A stretch of DNA of 40,069 bases from Cellvibrionales bacterium (GTDB lineage Bacteria > Pseudomonadota > Gammaproteobacteria > Pseudomonadales > JAHEGP01). Location of the stretch: assembly GCA_024645065.1 (NCBI GenBank), contig JAHEGP010000003.1, positions 1 to 40,069 on the forward strand. The letters run 5' to 3'. A model generated the notes under the pieces. That model was given only the letters and a program-made list of their open reading frames with translations, did not search any database and was not told the origin of the DNA. The stretch's first letter is position 1. Every line of letters starts with the position of its first letter. The translations under genes were made by a program, and so were the position numbers. Shown here one piece after another: positions 9,439 through 19,493 of the stretch.

Positions 9439-10269
9439 TTGAAGCACCACGCCTCACTTTGCCTGATTTCGACGCTCGCCGGTGCTCCCTGTTGCTATGG
9501 CGACGGGCCGCCGCTAATGCCGCTTTGGGAGATAGGCGCCGGCCTGGCCTCGCTGGAACTGCCACAGTATATCGGCTCCGACCAGCGTACCCGCAGCACC
9601 ATTCCGATCCCCTACTTCGTCTATCGTGGCGAGTCTATCAAGATCAGCCGTGAAACCCTTAGCGGAAAAATATTTGAGCGCGCCGACCTGTTGATCGATC
9701 TCAGCGCAGACTTCAGCTTGCCGGTGGATAGCACCGAGAACCGCGCCAGGGAGGGTATGCCTGATATTGATTTCATTGCCGAGGTGGGCCCGGCCCTTCG
9801 CTACACCTTGCTGCGCAATGCTGCCGGACGCAGGACTTTCAGCCTGGAGATTCCACTGCGAATGGCACTGCAGTCTGACCTGCGCTACCTCGATTACGAG
9901 GGTTGGCGGGTAAACCCCCGATTTCGGGTACAGCGATATTCAGGTCCCTGGGCGCTGTCGGCCTGGGCTGGACTCTACTGGAATAGTGAGGGGTACAACG
10001 ATCTGTTCTACGGCGTCAGCGCGGATCAGGCGACCAGCCAACGCCCCGCCTACGCGGCGGATTCAGGCTATGGCGGCTGGGCCCTGTCTGCCAGCCTCTC
10101 CTACCGCCACAATAACTGGTGGGTTGGCGGATTTCTCCGCTGGTACGACATCAACGGCGCCAGTTTCGCCGACAGTCCCCTGACACTGGAAAGTAGTAGC
10201 GCAGGTTTCGGACTGGCGGCGGCCTGGATCTTCAAAAGCTCACCACAGAGCGTGCCGCGCTGGGAGTGA
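9439..10269 (+). CDS. MipA/OmpV family outer membrane protein
   Basis: PLWEIGAG, PQYIGSDQ, PIPYFVYRG, AREGMPD, YGVS...RPAY..GYGG; start codon uncertain (TTG). Confidence 0.8.
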   Translation: MKHHASLCLISTLAGAPCCYGDGPPLMPLWEIGAGLASLELPQYIGSDQRTRSTIPIPYFVYRGESIKISRETLSGKIFERADLLIDLSADFSLPVDSTENRAREGMPDIDFIAEVGPALRYTLLRNAAGRRTFSLEIPLRMALQSDLRYLDYEGWRVNPRFRVQRYSGPWALSAWAGLYWNSEGYNDLFYGVSADQATSQRPAYAADSGYGGWALSASLSYRHNNWWVGGFLRWYDINGASFADSPLTLESSSAGFGLAAAWIFKSSPQSVPRWE

Positions 10270-10341
10270 TCACAGCGATGCCATGCCTTGAATGCGACAG
10301 CACACCGTTACCCCTTACCGGGCGTCGGCACTGAACACCCG

Positions 10342-10893
10342 CTAAACGTCGGCCAACGCGTATATCGCGCGACTGTTGCGCAGATAACCCTTGTAATCCA
10401 TACCCATACCGAACAGGTAGCGGTCAGGCAGTGTAAGCCCAACGACGTGCGGACTGTGTCGACCGCTTTTGCGCTCATGGCGCTTGTTAACCAGCACCAC
10501 CGAAAGCACCCGGCAGGCGCCCTGGGCCAGGCAATAATCCACAATGGCACCCAGGGTGATGCCCTCGTCAAAAATATCATCGACAACAATCACCGCCTTA
10601 CCCTGCAGGTCTTCCACCGGAAGAGCCTTCCAGGTCATTTCCGCTCCCCGCAGCCGCTGCTGGTAGCGGCTGGCATGAACATAATCAAGGCTGAGCTTAC
10701 CATTCAGGCGCCGGAGTAATTCTGACGCCACTATCAGGCCGCCATTCATTACGCACAACAGCACCGCCGGCTCCGGCAACCGGGCATTTTCGATCGCGAC
10801 GGCCATTTCATCCAAGGCTGTCGTCACCTGTTGCTCATCGGCAACGCAAATCGCGGAGCGCCGGACCTGATCCAGCTCTTCGACTATCGACAT
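10342..10893 (-). CDS. Hypoxanthine-guanine phosphoribosyltransferase
   Basis: LCVMNGG, HASRY, PRPP motif VIVVDDIFDEGITL, DRYLFGMGMDYKGYLRN. Confidence 0.9.
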   Translation of the reverse strand: MSIVEELDQVRRSAICVADEQQVTTALDEMAVAIENARLPEPAVLLCVMNGGLIVASELLRRLNGKLSLDYVHASRYQQRLRGAEMTWKALPVEDLQGKAVIVVDDIFDEGITLGAIVDYCLAQGACRVLSVVLVNKRHERKSGRHSPHVVGLTLPDRYLFGMGMDYKGYLRNSRAIYALADV

Positions 10894-10899
10894 CCCGTT

Positions 10900-11958
10900 T
10901 TATTCCCTGGACTCGTTCTTGTAATCCTCGAACAGCTTCTTGATAGCCTCGAGGCGATTTTTGGTGTACCGGATTCGCATGGCCACGGGAGGACGATGCT
11001 CCCCTTCCAATGAGCTATGTTCCCGGGTGAGCTTTGCCAGCAACTGTTCCAGCATGCGCTTCTCCTTGCGCAGCTCCAAAAGGGCTTCTGCCATTTCCGC
11101 CTTGTCAAAAATTTTTCCCTCGGGAATGATTGATTCCTCTGGCGATTCTGCAACCGGTTGCTCTGCCGGAGGAATAAAGGGTGACGCCTCGTCAATGCGA
11201 CGCTGGTTCATAAAAGCAGGAGAGACGATTTCCATACCCCGGCCATGCAGGGTGTCCAGCATGTGCTTACGCAGGTTTGAGCGCGCGCTCAGCAGTTGCC
11301 TGGGTTCACTCAGAAAACCGGCGATCCGGTAGACCACCGAGTAATCCTGCAGATCGACAATCTGGACGAAGGGCTGTGTCAGATCAGCCTCGACGGCGGC
11401 ACTGATCAGCGCCTCCTCGATGTTTCGGCGCGAGATATCGTAGCCCAACGATACCGTCGCCGAGACGATGGTTCCCGAGGATCGAACGATGGTATAGGGG
11501 TTTGATATCAACGTGAGATTGGGCAAGGTGGTCAGGTCACCATCCTCGGTCTGGATCTCGGTATGCAGCAAGCCACGCTCGGTTACCCGACCAAAATGCT
11601 CTGCCAGACGCAGGAAATCTCCAAGCCGAAAATTTTCAACCGTACGCAGCATGACACCGGCCAGTGCGTTGGCAACAAAAGTCGTCGAGGAAAAAGTGAG
11701 CACTGCAGTCACCACCAGACCCAGCACCGTGATCAGTTGCCCCTGGGTGGCGTCATCCAGGGGCAAAACCAGCAACAACGCAAGCAGCCCCAGGAACAGC
11801 AAACCGATTTTGATGCCCTGGCGCATCAGTCGCAAATCCTTGTCGGTTTGGCGCATTCTCGCTGCCACCAGGTAATTGGTCAGCCCCATACCAACAAACA
11901 TCAGGGCTACAATCAGGAACGGCAGAACGAATGGTTTGATTTGAATTATAAAATCCAC
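10900..11958 (-). CDS. MscS-family mechanosensitive ion channel
   Basis: Three N-terminal TM segments; FRLGDFL..FGRVTERGLLHTEI..LPN; VSLGYD; EIVSPAFMNQR; helical C-terminal extension. Confidence 0.85.
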   Translation of the reverse strand: MDFIIQIKPFVLPFLIVALMFVGMGLTNYLVAARMRQTDKDLRLMRQGIKIGLLFLGLLALLLVLPLDDATQGQLITVLGLVVTAVLTFSSTTFVANALAGVMLRTVENFRLGDFLRLAEHFGRVTERGLLHTEIQTEDGDLTTLPNLTLISNPYTIVRSSGTIVSATVSLGYDISRRNIEEALISAAVEADLTQPFVQIVDLQDYSVVYRIAGFLSEPRQLLSARSNLRKHMLDTLHGRGMEIVSPAFMNQRRIDEASPFIPPAEQPVAESPEESIIPEGKIFDKAEMAEALLELRKEKRMLEQLLAKLTREHSSLEGEHRPPVAMRIRYTKNRLEAIKKLFEDYKNESRE

Positions 11959-11967
11959 TGTCAGTGC

Positions 11968-13131
11968 CTACCCCTGCTTGCGGCTGTTTTCAACCGTGAC
12001 GCCGGAAAACTCCCTTGGCATCACTTCGTAAAGGTAGTGTCTGGCAGTGGCGACTTCCAGCGCGGTGCGCGCAAAATGCTGCTGCAGAAACTGTGATACC
12101 GCCAGCACCGTCATACGTTGCTGCAGCACCGGATTGATCGCCGTCGATAATTCACCCGAGCAGGGGCGGACAGGTTCTATAGCGCTGATACCATCGGCAG
12201 AGTCACCAAGCAACTGATCCCAGCCCTGTGGCAGGGTTTGCCGTTCCAGCAGGCTCAGTACATAGCGACAGACAAGGGCATCGGGATTGTCAAGCCAGCG
12301 TGTATAGCGGGACAAACCGCTGAAACCGCTATGGGAACCGTTTGCCAGTGTCACCAGGGTAACATCAGGGGCTTTGCTCAGCAGAGGGGCTGCGTTGTCC
12401 TGGTAATCCACCAGCGCATCACCCGGTGTCGCCACTACCAGCAGCGGCACCTGCGACGAGCTGAAGAACCCGGGGCCCAGCATGGACGATGGACCGGCTA
12501 TCGAAATCGCCAATTGCAAGCGCTCATCACGCCAGCGGGGATGGTAAGCCGACAGGGTGCTGGTCAAACCGCCCAGCGAAATGCCCATCGCCGCGATTCG
12601 CCCGGCATCCACTCGTTCAAAAAATGGCGAATCCGGATCCCTGTCCCAGGCGAGCAGAGTATCGAGCAGGAAGCTGATGTCTCCCGGCTGGTTGACGACA
12701 TCCGCCAGGCGAGCCCCACCGGGCGCAAAGAATCGGGTCAATGGATAATCGGCCGCCACCACAAGGTAACCCTGGCGGGCCATATACGCTGCGAGATAAG
12801 CGCCACTGAGCTTATTCGCGGCATAGCCGTGGCTATAGACGAGCAAAGGGTGGCGACCCGGTGCTACCCGGCCATTTTCAACTCTGGGAAACCAAACCCT
12901 GATATCCAACTCGCGATGATCAAGCCCGGGGAAGTCGCCATTGGCGCCGGTAGCCCTGCTGGTGTCAACCAGGTGGTAGTCGATGTCTCCAACCGTGTAA
13001 ATACCGCTTTGCATCAAGCGGCTACTCATGCTTTGGGCTGCCGGCTCCGCCGGCAGCCCGCTATAGCGAAACATGGCAAGCAGTAACCCGGCCAGCAAGC
13101 CGAGCAGCAGCGCTATGCGCCATCCGCTCAT
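11968..13131 (-). CDS. Membrane-anchored or exported alpha/beta hydrolase (PAF-acetylhydrolase/dienelactone hydrolase-like)
   Basis: N-terminal hydrophobic segment; PLLVYSHG; nucleophile elbow GISLGG; candidate Asp (GDALV) and His (GSHSGF). Confidence 0.75.
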   Translation of the reverse strand: MSGWRIALLLGLLAGLLLAMFRYSGLPAEPAAQSMSSRLMQSGIYTVGDIDYHLVDTSRATGANGDFPGLDHRELDIRVWFPRVENGRVAPGRHPLLVYSHGYAANKLSGAYLAAYMARQGYLVVAADYPLTRFFAPGGARLADVVNQPGDISFLLDTLLAWDRDPDSPFFERVDAGRIAAMGISLGGLTSTLSAYHPRWRDERLQLAISIAGPSSMLGPGFFSSSQVPLLVVATPGDALVDYQDNAAPLLSKAPDVTLVTLANGSHSGFSGLSRYTRWLDNPDALVCRYVLSLLERQTLPQGWDQLLGDSADGISAIEPVRPCSGELSTAINPVLQQRMTVLAVSQFLQQHFARTALEVATARHYLYEVMPREFSGVTVENSRKQG

Positions 13132-13279
13132 GCGTGTTCTCCCTGATGTCGTTTCTGTTTGCGGCTGGTAAAATTACTTCCGAGGTGGCCTATCAGGCCT
13201 TTTCATCCTGGCAATTCGTCGCAAAACCACCCCCGGGCCGGGTTCCGGTGAATGCAAAACTGCCTCAAACGGAGAGTGT

Positions 13280-14905
13280 ATGCAGCGCTTGTCAAAAAAG
13301 ATAGCCCATGTGTACCTGGCGCTTGGCATCCTTTTTTCCGCTGCCATGGCCTGGCACCTGTATGGCCTGGAGACAGAAAAAATTGATCGACAATTTCGCC
13401 GCGAGATCGATCGGCATAGCGCCGCTATCGAGCAGCTGCTGGTACAGCATTACGAAATCGTGCACGGCCTGACCAACGCGCTAGGCCTGCTGCCGCAACC
13501 TGAGCCAGATTATTTCGCCCGGCTGTGCGCACCGGTAGAACGACGCCACCCCGTCATCAGGTCGCTGGCATGGTACTGGCATGTTGCCGGCTCCGACCGC
13601 AAGGAACTGGAACAACGCTTACGCCATAGCCATTCCAAGTTTGCCATTAAATCATTCGACAGCGCGGTGAATCCCACCAGGCTGGGCAGGGCAAGCGCAT
13701 TGCTTACCCGCTCCCCGGCGCAAAACTACCTGCCGATGATCGCAATTGTACCGCACGGCGATTCACGCTCTGCTTACCTGGGCCTCGACCTGTACAGCCT
13801 GCCTGCAATAGTGCCCGGGCTGGCCAGCGCCGCTGCGAACGACCGGATTTATGTATCAGGAGCCTATCGGCCTGCGGACAGCGATGCACTCAGCTTTGCC
13901 GCCTTTTACCCGGTCTATCGCTCGTTCCCCGGCGACCAGGAGCACGAATTCGTCGGCTTTGTGTCCGTCACTTTCGCCATCGAGTCACTGTTCGAGCAGG
14001 AGATGGAGAAAAACCTGGAGCACTGGGCGTTACGAATCGAAGCGCCCCATAACGTCGATGTCGACCCGGCTGTTTTCACAACCGGCCCAGCCCGCAAGCG
14101 TTTGGCCGAAAAGCACAGGTATCAACGTAAGATCTATGTCGGTGGCGACCGGTACTGGGATATGGAAGTTCGGCCGAGCGCAGCCTACATCGCGCAGCAA
14201 CGCAGCAATACTCCGCTTTGGGCGTTTCTGGGCGGCCTCGTATTCACCGGGGTTATCTATTACCTCTGGCTAAACCAGATATATCGTACCTACAATATCG
14301 AGCTCCTGGTGGCCAAGAGGACCGAGAAGCTGGCGCTGGCCAATAAGCGCCTGCGAGAGCTTTCACAGACCGATGCTCTCACTGGAGTTGCCAATCGGAG
14401 GTTGTTCGAGGAGCGCCTGCAGCAGGAATTCCTGCGCCTGCGACGCAGCAAAAAAACCTTGTCATTGATGATGATCGATGTCGACTATTTTAAATCCTAC
14501 AACGACTATTACGGACACCAGAAAGGCGATGAAACTCTTGAGCGTATTGCAAACTGCATCGCGGCAACGGTCAATCGCCCGGCCGACCTGGTAGCACGTT
14601 ACGGTGGCGAGGAGTTTATCGTGCTGCTGCCTGACACCGATGAAAGTGCGCTGGAGTTAGGTCGTGATATTCTCCGAGCGGTCAGGCAACTGAATATTCC
14701 CCATGCACGCTCCAAAAGCGCTGATCGGGTCACCGTCAGTATCGGCTTTGGTTATGCTCCGGCAAACCAGTTGCAAACCCCCAAGCAACTTGTCCTTGCC
14801 GCTGACCAGGCTATGTACTTCGCCAAAGCCTCGGGACGCAACTGCATCGCCAGCGCAGCGGCGAATACCGATGAGCTGAAACCCACTCTCTTCCCGGAAC
14901 ATTGA
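13280..14905 (+). CDS. Membrane diguanylate cyclase with CHASE-like sensor domain
   Basis: Two TM segments flanking a periplasmic domain (YLGLDLYS); DALTGVANRR, DVDYFKSYNDYYGH, I-site RPAD, intact GGEEF. Confidence 0.9.
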   Translation: MQRLSKKIAHVYLALGILFSAAMAWHLYGLETEKIDRQFRREIDRHSAAIEQLLVQHYEIVHGLTNALGLLPQPEPDYFARLCAPVERRHPVIRSLAWYWHVAGSDRKELEQRLRHSHSKFAIKSFDSAVNPTRLGRASALLTRSPAQNYLPMIAIVPHGDSRSAYLGLDLYSLPAIVPGLASAAANDRIYVSGAYRPADSDALSFAAFYPVYRSFPGDQEHEFVGFVSVTFAIESLFEQEMEKNLEHWALRIEAPHNVDVDPAVFTTGPARKRLAEKHRYQRKIYVGGDRYWDMEVRPSAAYIAQQRSNTPLWAFLGGLVFTGVIYYLWLNQIYRTYNIELLVAKRTEKLALANKRLRELSQTDALTGVANRRLFEERLQQEFLRLRRSKKTLSLMMIDVDYFKSYNDYYGHQKGDETLERIANCIAATVNRPADLVARYGGEEFIVLLPDTDESALELGRDILRAVRQLNIPHARSKSADRVTVSIGFGYAPANQLQTPKQLVLAADQAMYFAKASGRNCIASAAANTDELKPTLFPEH

Positions 14906-14936
14906 CAGTCGCGACCAGCGCAGCGGCGTGGGCAGG

Positions 14937-15881
14937 CTAGATCTCCCCGGGCAAGCGGGCGCAGCTGATAACCAGTCTGCGAAACCATTGGTGCCCCGGA
15001 TTATGATGCAATAACGGACTCCAGATCATTTTCAATTCAAATGGCGGCACGGTGAACGGCGCTTCGCGAATTTGCAGGGATTGATCGCCACCCAGGGTTA
15101 GCGCCAGGCGGGTCGGCAGTGTCGCCACCAGGTCTGGCTGTTGCGCGATCCTGGCAGCCACACCGTAGTGACGTGTAAACACCACGATATGGCGCTCGTG
15201 ACCCAACTCGGCAAGCGCCTCATCAACTCGCCCCAGGCGCATCGACTCCTGGGGGTTGATGCCGACCCCCTGCCCCATGCCGGTCTTGCTGACCCAGATG
15301 TGACGAGCAGCCAGGTAGCTTGCGAGGCTGAAGTCTGAAGACAGCGGGTGTCGCTGGTTGAAGACACAGGAGAAGCTGTCGTGCCAGATGGTATTCTGGT
15401 GAAACGAATTCGGCATATGGTCGAAACGATTGATTGCCATATCGACGCGACCCTGTTCCAGGTCGGCAAAGCTGACATCACTCGGTGTCAGGATATCCAG
15501 AGCCACCCCCGGCGCCACATTCGCCAGATGCTGCAGTAATGCAGGCAAAAGGGTTGCCTCTCCGTAGTCACTGGCCATAATTCTGAACACCCGCTTGCTG
15601 GCCGCGGGATCAAACTCGGCCTGCGGTTGTACGGTTCGCTCTATGATGCCCAGAGCCTCGCGAATGGCGGGCTGCAGCGCCTCGGCACGCTCGGTCGGTT
15701 GCATACCGGCACTGGTTCTAACCAACAGAGGGTCATCGAACAGCTCCCGCAGTCGGCGCAAGCCATTGCTCATCGCCGGCTGGGTAATTCCCAGACGAGC
15801 CGCGGCCCGGCTTACATTACTCTCGGTCAGGAGCACGTCCAGATAGACCAGCAGGTTAAGATCCATGCGGGATATATTCAT
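14937..15881 (-). CDS. LysR-family transcriptional regulator
   Basis: DLNLLVYLDVLL..VSRAAARLGITQPAMSNGLRRLRELFDDPLLVR HTH; 314 aa; divergent from aceK. Confidence 0.95.
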   Translation of the reverse strand: MNISRMDLNLLVYLDVLLTESNVSRAAARLGITQPAMSNGLRRLRELFDDPLLVRTSAGMQPTERAEALQPAIREALGIIERTVQPQAEFDPAASKRVFRIMASDYGEATLLPALLQHLANVAPGVALDILTPSDVSFADLEQGRVDMAINRFDHMPNSFHQNTIWHDSFSCVFNQRHPLSSDFSLASYLAARHIWVSKTGMGQGVGINPQESMRLGRVDEALAELGHERHIVVFTRHYGVAARIAQQPDLVATLPTRLALTLGGDQSLQIREAPFTVPPFELKMIWSPLLHHNPGHQWFRRLVISCARLPGEI

Positions 15882-16100
15882 ACGCTAAATACCCATTGCC
15901 ATTATCATATACCGGAAGAATCTTACTGCATCACCCTCAGGGCGGCAGCAACTTTTATCCGGCGCGAAACCGCTGTGGAGACGTTCGGACGGACTATTGA
16001 CCTGCTCCGGAGCATTCTCGCCGCTAGCCATATTGTGTAAACTCGCCCGCTCATCTGCGCCTGAAGGCGTGGCCAGCGCCTGCACAGGGAAAAGCCCACC

Positions 16101-17822
16101 ATGTCCAGCTCCCATCGACTCGCCCGCACTGTACTGAATGGCTTTCACGCCATGTTTGCGGATTTCCAGAATATCACCCTGGGTGCAAAAGCCCGATTCG
16201 AGCAGCAGGACTGGCACGGCGTCCAGCAAGCCCAGGCTGATCGTTTGGAGGTCTATAAGTCCAAAGTCGACAAGCTGATGCCGATGCTCAACAGCATGGT
16301 CAACAACGAGCTGAATGACTTTGGGCTGTGGAAAGATATCAAGCGCCACTACCAGGTCCTGATCGCGCACCAGAACAATTTTGAAATTGCAGAGACCTTT
16401 TTCAACTCGATATTCTGCAAGGTCTTTGACCACCAGCAGATCACCGATGACTATGCTTTTGTCACTTCCTCACGCCAACGACCCACCGCTAATCTCGACG
16501 ACATGCTGTACAACAGCTACGCGATAAAAGCGGATTTTCGCCAGGTCATCACCACCATATTGCAGGACTACCGCTTTGCCGTGCCCTACCAGAACCTGCG
16601 CCAGGATGTGCGCAATGTCGCCCGGGAGGTGTATCGCGAGATAGTCCCCAAATACCAGGAGTCGCTGGACAATATTATCGTCGATGTCATGGACTCGGTG
16701 TTTTATCGCAACAAGGGTGCTTATCTCGTGGGCAGGATTTGCGTGCCCAACAGCCAGCCGATTCCCTTCGTATTACCCATCCTCCATGCCGGCGACGGTA
16801 CCCTGTATGTCGACACCCTGATTCATGACCCTGACGAGGTCAGTATTATATTTTCCTTCACCCGTGCCTATTTCATGGTGGATGCGCCCACTCCCGCCGC
16901 TATCGTGGCATTTCTCCATAGCCTGATGCCGCACAAGAAAATCTATGAGCTGTATGCCAGTTTCGGCTTTCGCAAGCATTCGAAAACAGAATTCTATCGG
17001 GACTTTGTCAATCACCTGCCAAACTCTGACGACTCATTTGTAGTGGCCCCCGGCATCAAGGGCATGGTCATGACGGTATTCACCCTGCCGTCCTACGACA
17101 TTGTATTCAAGCTGATCAAGGATCGGTTCACGCCGCCCAAGGAGGTCACCGCAGACATCGTCAGGGCCAAATATCGCCTGGTTACCCGCCACGACCGTGT
17201 GGGCCGCATGGCCGATACCCAGGAATTCAGTGGCTTTCGCTTTCCCCTTGACCGCTTCGATCCGCAGCTGTTGCGGGACCTGCAGGAGGAAGCCGGTTCG
17301 CTGCTTGAGATCGGCGAGCGCGAAATCACCATCAAGCACCTCTACACCGAGCGCAGGATGACGCCTCTCAATCTTTACCTGCGCAGCGCCAACGATCAGG
17401 AAATTGCCAATGTCATGGACGAGTACGGCAACGCCATCAAACAGCTGGCAGCAGCCAATATATTCCCCGGTGATATGCTGTTGAAAAATTTTGGCGTGAC
17501 TCGCCATGGCAGGGTGGTGTTCTACGACTACGACGAGATCTGCCACATTACCGAGTGCAATTTTCGCAGGATTCCCGAAGCCAAAACCGAAGAACAGGAG
17601 ATGGCATCGCAGCCCTGGTATGATGTTGGCCCCTTCGACGTTTTCCCGGAGGAGTTTCGCTTGTTTTTTTCCGGCAACCCGAAGGCACGCCGGGCGTTCG
17701 ACTGCCTCCACAGTGATCTCTACGAGGCCGAATTCTGGCAAAGCCTCAAGCGGCAGATCGAGGAGGGTAAGGTCGTGGATGTGTTTCCTTACCGTCGCAA
17801 GCGGCGCTTCGATCAGAACTGA
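16101..17822 (+). CDS. aceK: Isocitrate dehydrogenase kinase/phosphatase
   Basis: EIAETFFNS, FYRNKGAYLVGR, APGIKGMVM, HDRVGRMADTQEF, NIFPGDMLLKNFGVTRHGRVVFYDYDEI. Confidence 0.97.
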   Translation: MSSSHRLARTVLNGFHAMFADFQNITLGAKARFEQQDWHGVQQAQADRLEVYKSKVDKLMPMLNSMVNNELNDFGLWKDIKRHYQVLIAHQNNFEIAETFFNSIFCKVFDHQQITDDYAFVTSSRQRPTANLDDMLYNSYAIKADFRQVITTILQDYRFAVPYQNLRQDVRNVAREVYREIVPKYQESLDNIIVDVMDSVFYRNKGAYLVGRICVPNSQPIPFVLPILHAGDGTLYVDTLIHDPDEVSIIFSFTRAYFMVDAPTPAAIVAFLHSLMPHKKIYELYASFGFRKHSKTEFYRDFVNHLPNSDDSFVVAPGIKGMVMTVFTLPSYDIVFKLIKDRFTPPKEVTADIVRAKYRLVTRHDRVGRMADTQEFSGFRFPLDRFDPQLLRDLQEEAGSLLEIGEREITIKHLYTERRMTPLNLYLRSANDQEIANVMDEYGNAIKQLAAANIFPGDMLLKNFGVTRHGRVVFYDYDEICHITECNFRRIPEAKTEEQEMASQPWYDVGPFDVFPEEFRLFFSGNPKARRAFDCLHSDLYEAEFWQSLKRQIEEGKVVDVFPYRRKRRFDQN

Positions 17823-17876
17823 CAATGGCCCACTGGCGGTAAGCCCGGGCCGGCAAAAACGGGTACACTAGGAGTA

Positions 17877-18698
17877 ATGGAAAAACACCCGCCGTTTGGC
17901 CGCCTGTTGCGCTTCTGGCGCAATACCTTTTCCCTCAGCCAGGAAGCCTTGTCACTGGAGGTGGGGGTGTCCGCACGCCACATCAGTTTCCTTGAGACCG
18001 GCCGATCGAAGCCGGGTAAAAGCCTGGTTTACCAGTTGGCCGGGGCGTTTGGCCTGTCGGGCCGGGATACCAGCAACCTGCTGGCGGCGGCAGGGTTTTT
18101 CCCGGGTCGCGCCGACAGCGACCTGTCGACACCGGAACAGCGTTGGCTGCGTAAAGCGGTCGCTATGCGATTGCGAGACCTGGACCCGGTTCCCGCCTGG
18201 GTCGCAGACTCCTGTGGCCGCATCCTGATGGTCAATCATGGCTGGATTCACCTGAACCGGGATAACCTCCACGAATTTGGCAAGTCGCTGCTCGAAAACT
18301 CCTATCACATGTATTTTTCCGAACTCGGACTGCGCAAGCAATTACTCGACTGGGAGGATCTCGCCTGCGCGCTACTGGTCAATCTGCAACAGGAAGTCCT
18401 GCTCACCGAAGACCAGGCAGCCAGCCAGGTGCTGGATGAATTGCTGCAATACTCCGATGTACCCAGCGACTGGGCCCTGCGGGGAGCCCGCATTCCCTAC
18501 TCCCACAGTTTCAAGATTCGCAGCCAGCGCGACCAGCAACAGATCACCTGGATTGCGGTTAACAACACCGTTGGCGCGACCCCCTATGTCGCCCAGCCTC
18601 GCTTGCTACTGTCGGCGCTGCACCCCCTGGACGCTGACCAATGGCCGACACGGGAGCAACTGCAGCAGCTCGAGCATCCCCTGCTATATCCCGCTTGA
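17877..18698 (+). CDS. XRE-family HTH regulator with MmyB-like ligand-binding domain
   Basis: FGRLLRFWR..SQEALSLEVGVSARHISFLETGRSKP; LLAAAGFFP; DPVPAWVAD..ILMVN; AGGAG RBS. Confidence 0.85.
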   Translation: MEKHPPFGRLLRFWRNTFSLSQEALSLEVGVSARHISFLETGRSKPGKSLVYQLAGAFGLSGRDTSNLLAAAGFFPGRADSDLSTPEQRWLRKAVAMRLRDLDPVPAWVADSCGRILMVNHGWIHLNRDNLHEFGKSLLENSYHMYFSELGLRKQLLDWEDLACALLVNLQQEVLLTEDQAASQVLDELLQYSDVPSDWALRGARIPYSHSFKIRSQRDQQQITWIAVNNTVGATPYVAQPRLLLSALHPLDADQWPTREQLQQLEHPLLYPA

Positions 18699-18707
18699 AA
18701 CACCCGG

Positions 18708-19493
18708 TTAGTGATGACTGCGATGGCGTCCCACCGGCACAATCAGGGAGAGATCCTCACTCTCAACCCAGCGGGTATCAATCCCGTAGACCCGGCGCAG
18801 TATCTCCGGCTGCAGGACTTCCGCCGGTGCACCCTGGATCACGCTATTGCCATGATCCATCAACAGCAGGCGGTCGCAGAACCTGGCGGCATAATTGAGA
18901 TCGTGCAACACCACCAACACGCTGCCACCACTGCGCGCATGCTCGGCAAAAATCTCCATGATGTGGAATTGATGATAGGGGTCCAGCGATGCAATCGGCT
19001 CGTCTGCCAGCAACGACGGCGCACCTGTGGCCAACAGGCGCGCGAGATTAACCCGCATGCGCTCACCCCCCGACAGAGTCGTAACTACCCGCTCCAGCAA
19101 GTCCTCGACTTCGGCCAATTGGACCGCCCGGGCAATGGCCTGCTGGTCCCCCGGGCCCGGGCGCTGCCAGTACGACAGGTGGGGGAGCCTACCCATAGCG
19201 ATCACGCGGGCGGCGAGCAGCGGCCAGTGTGACTCCGTGTTTTGCGGCAGATAAGCCATCTGCCGGGCCCGCTCCCGCATCGACCAACTCTCCAGCTGGC
19301 GGCCCTGCAAGCGGCAACTGCCCGCGTCCAGTTGCACCAGGCCCAGCATGGCGCGCATCAAGGTGGACTTGCCCGCGCCATTGGGACCGATCAGGCCCAC
19401 GACCTGGCCTGGCACGAGTTCTACCGATACCCCATCGACGATTGCCACGCCGTTGCGCACGACCCTGGCCTGTTCAATTTGTATATGGCTCAT
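18708..19493 (-). CDS. ABC transporter ATP-binding protein (BtuD/FecE-like)
   Basis: Walker A GPNGAGKST, LSGGE, Walker B LLADEP, H-loop VLHDLN. Confidence 0.92.
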   Translation of the reverse strand: MSHIQIEQARVVRNGVAIVDGVSVELVPGQVVGLIGPNGAGKSTLMRAMLGLVQLDAGSCRLQGRQLESWSMRERARQMAYLPQNTESHWPLLAARVIAMGRLPHLSYWQRPGPGDQQAIARAVQLAEVEDLLERVVTTLSGGERMRVNLARLLATGAPSLLADEPIASLDPYHQFHIMEIFAEHARSGGSVLVVLHDLNYAARFCDRLLLMDHGNSVIQGAPAEVLQPEILRRVYGIDTRWVESEDLSLIVPVGRHRSHH

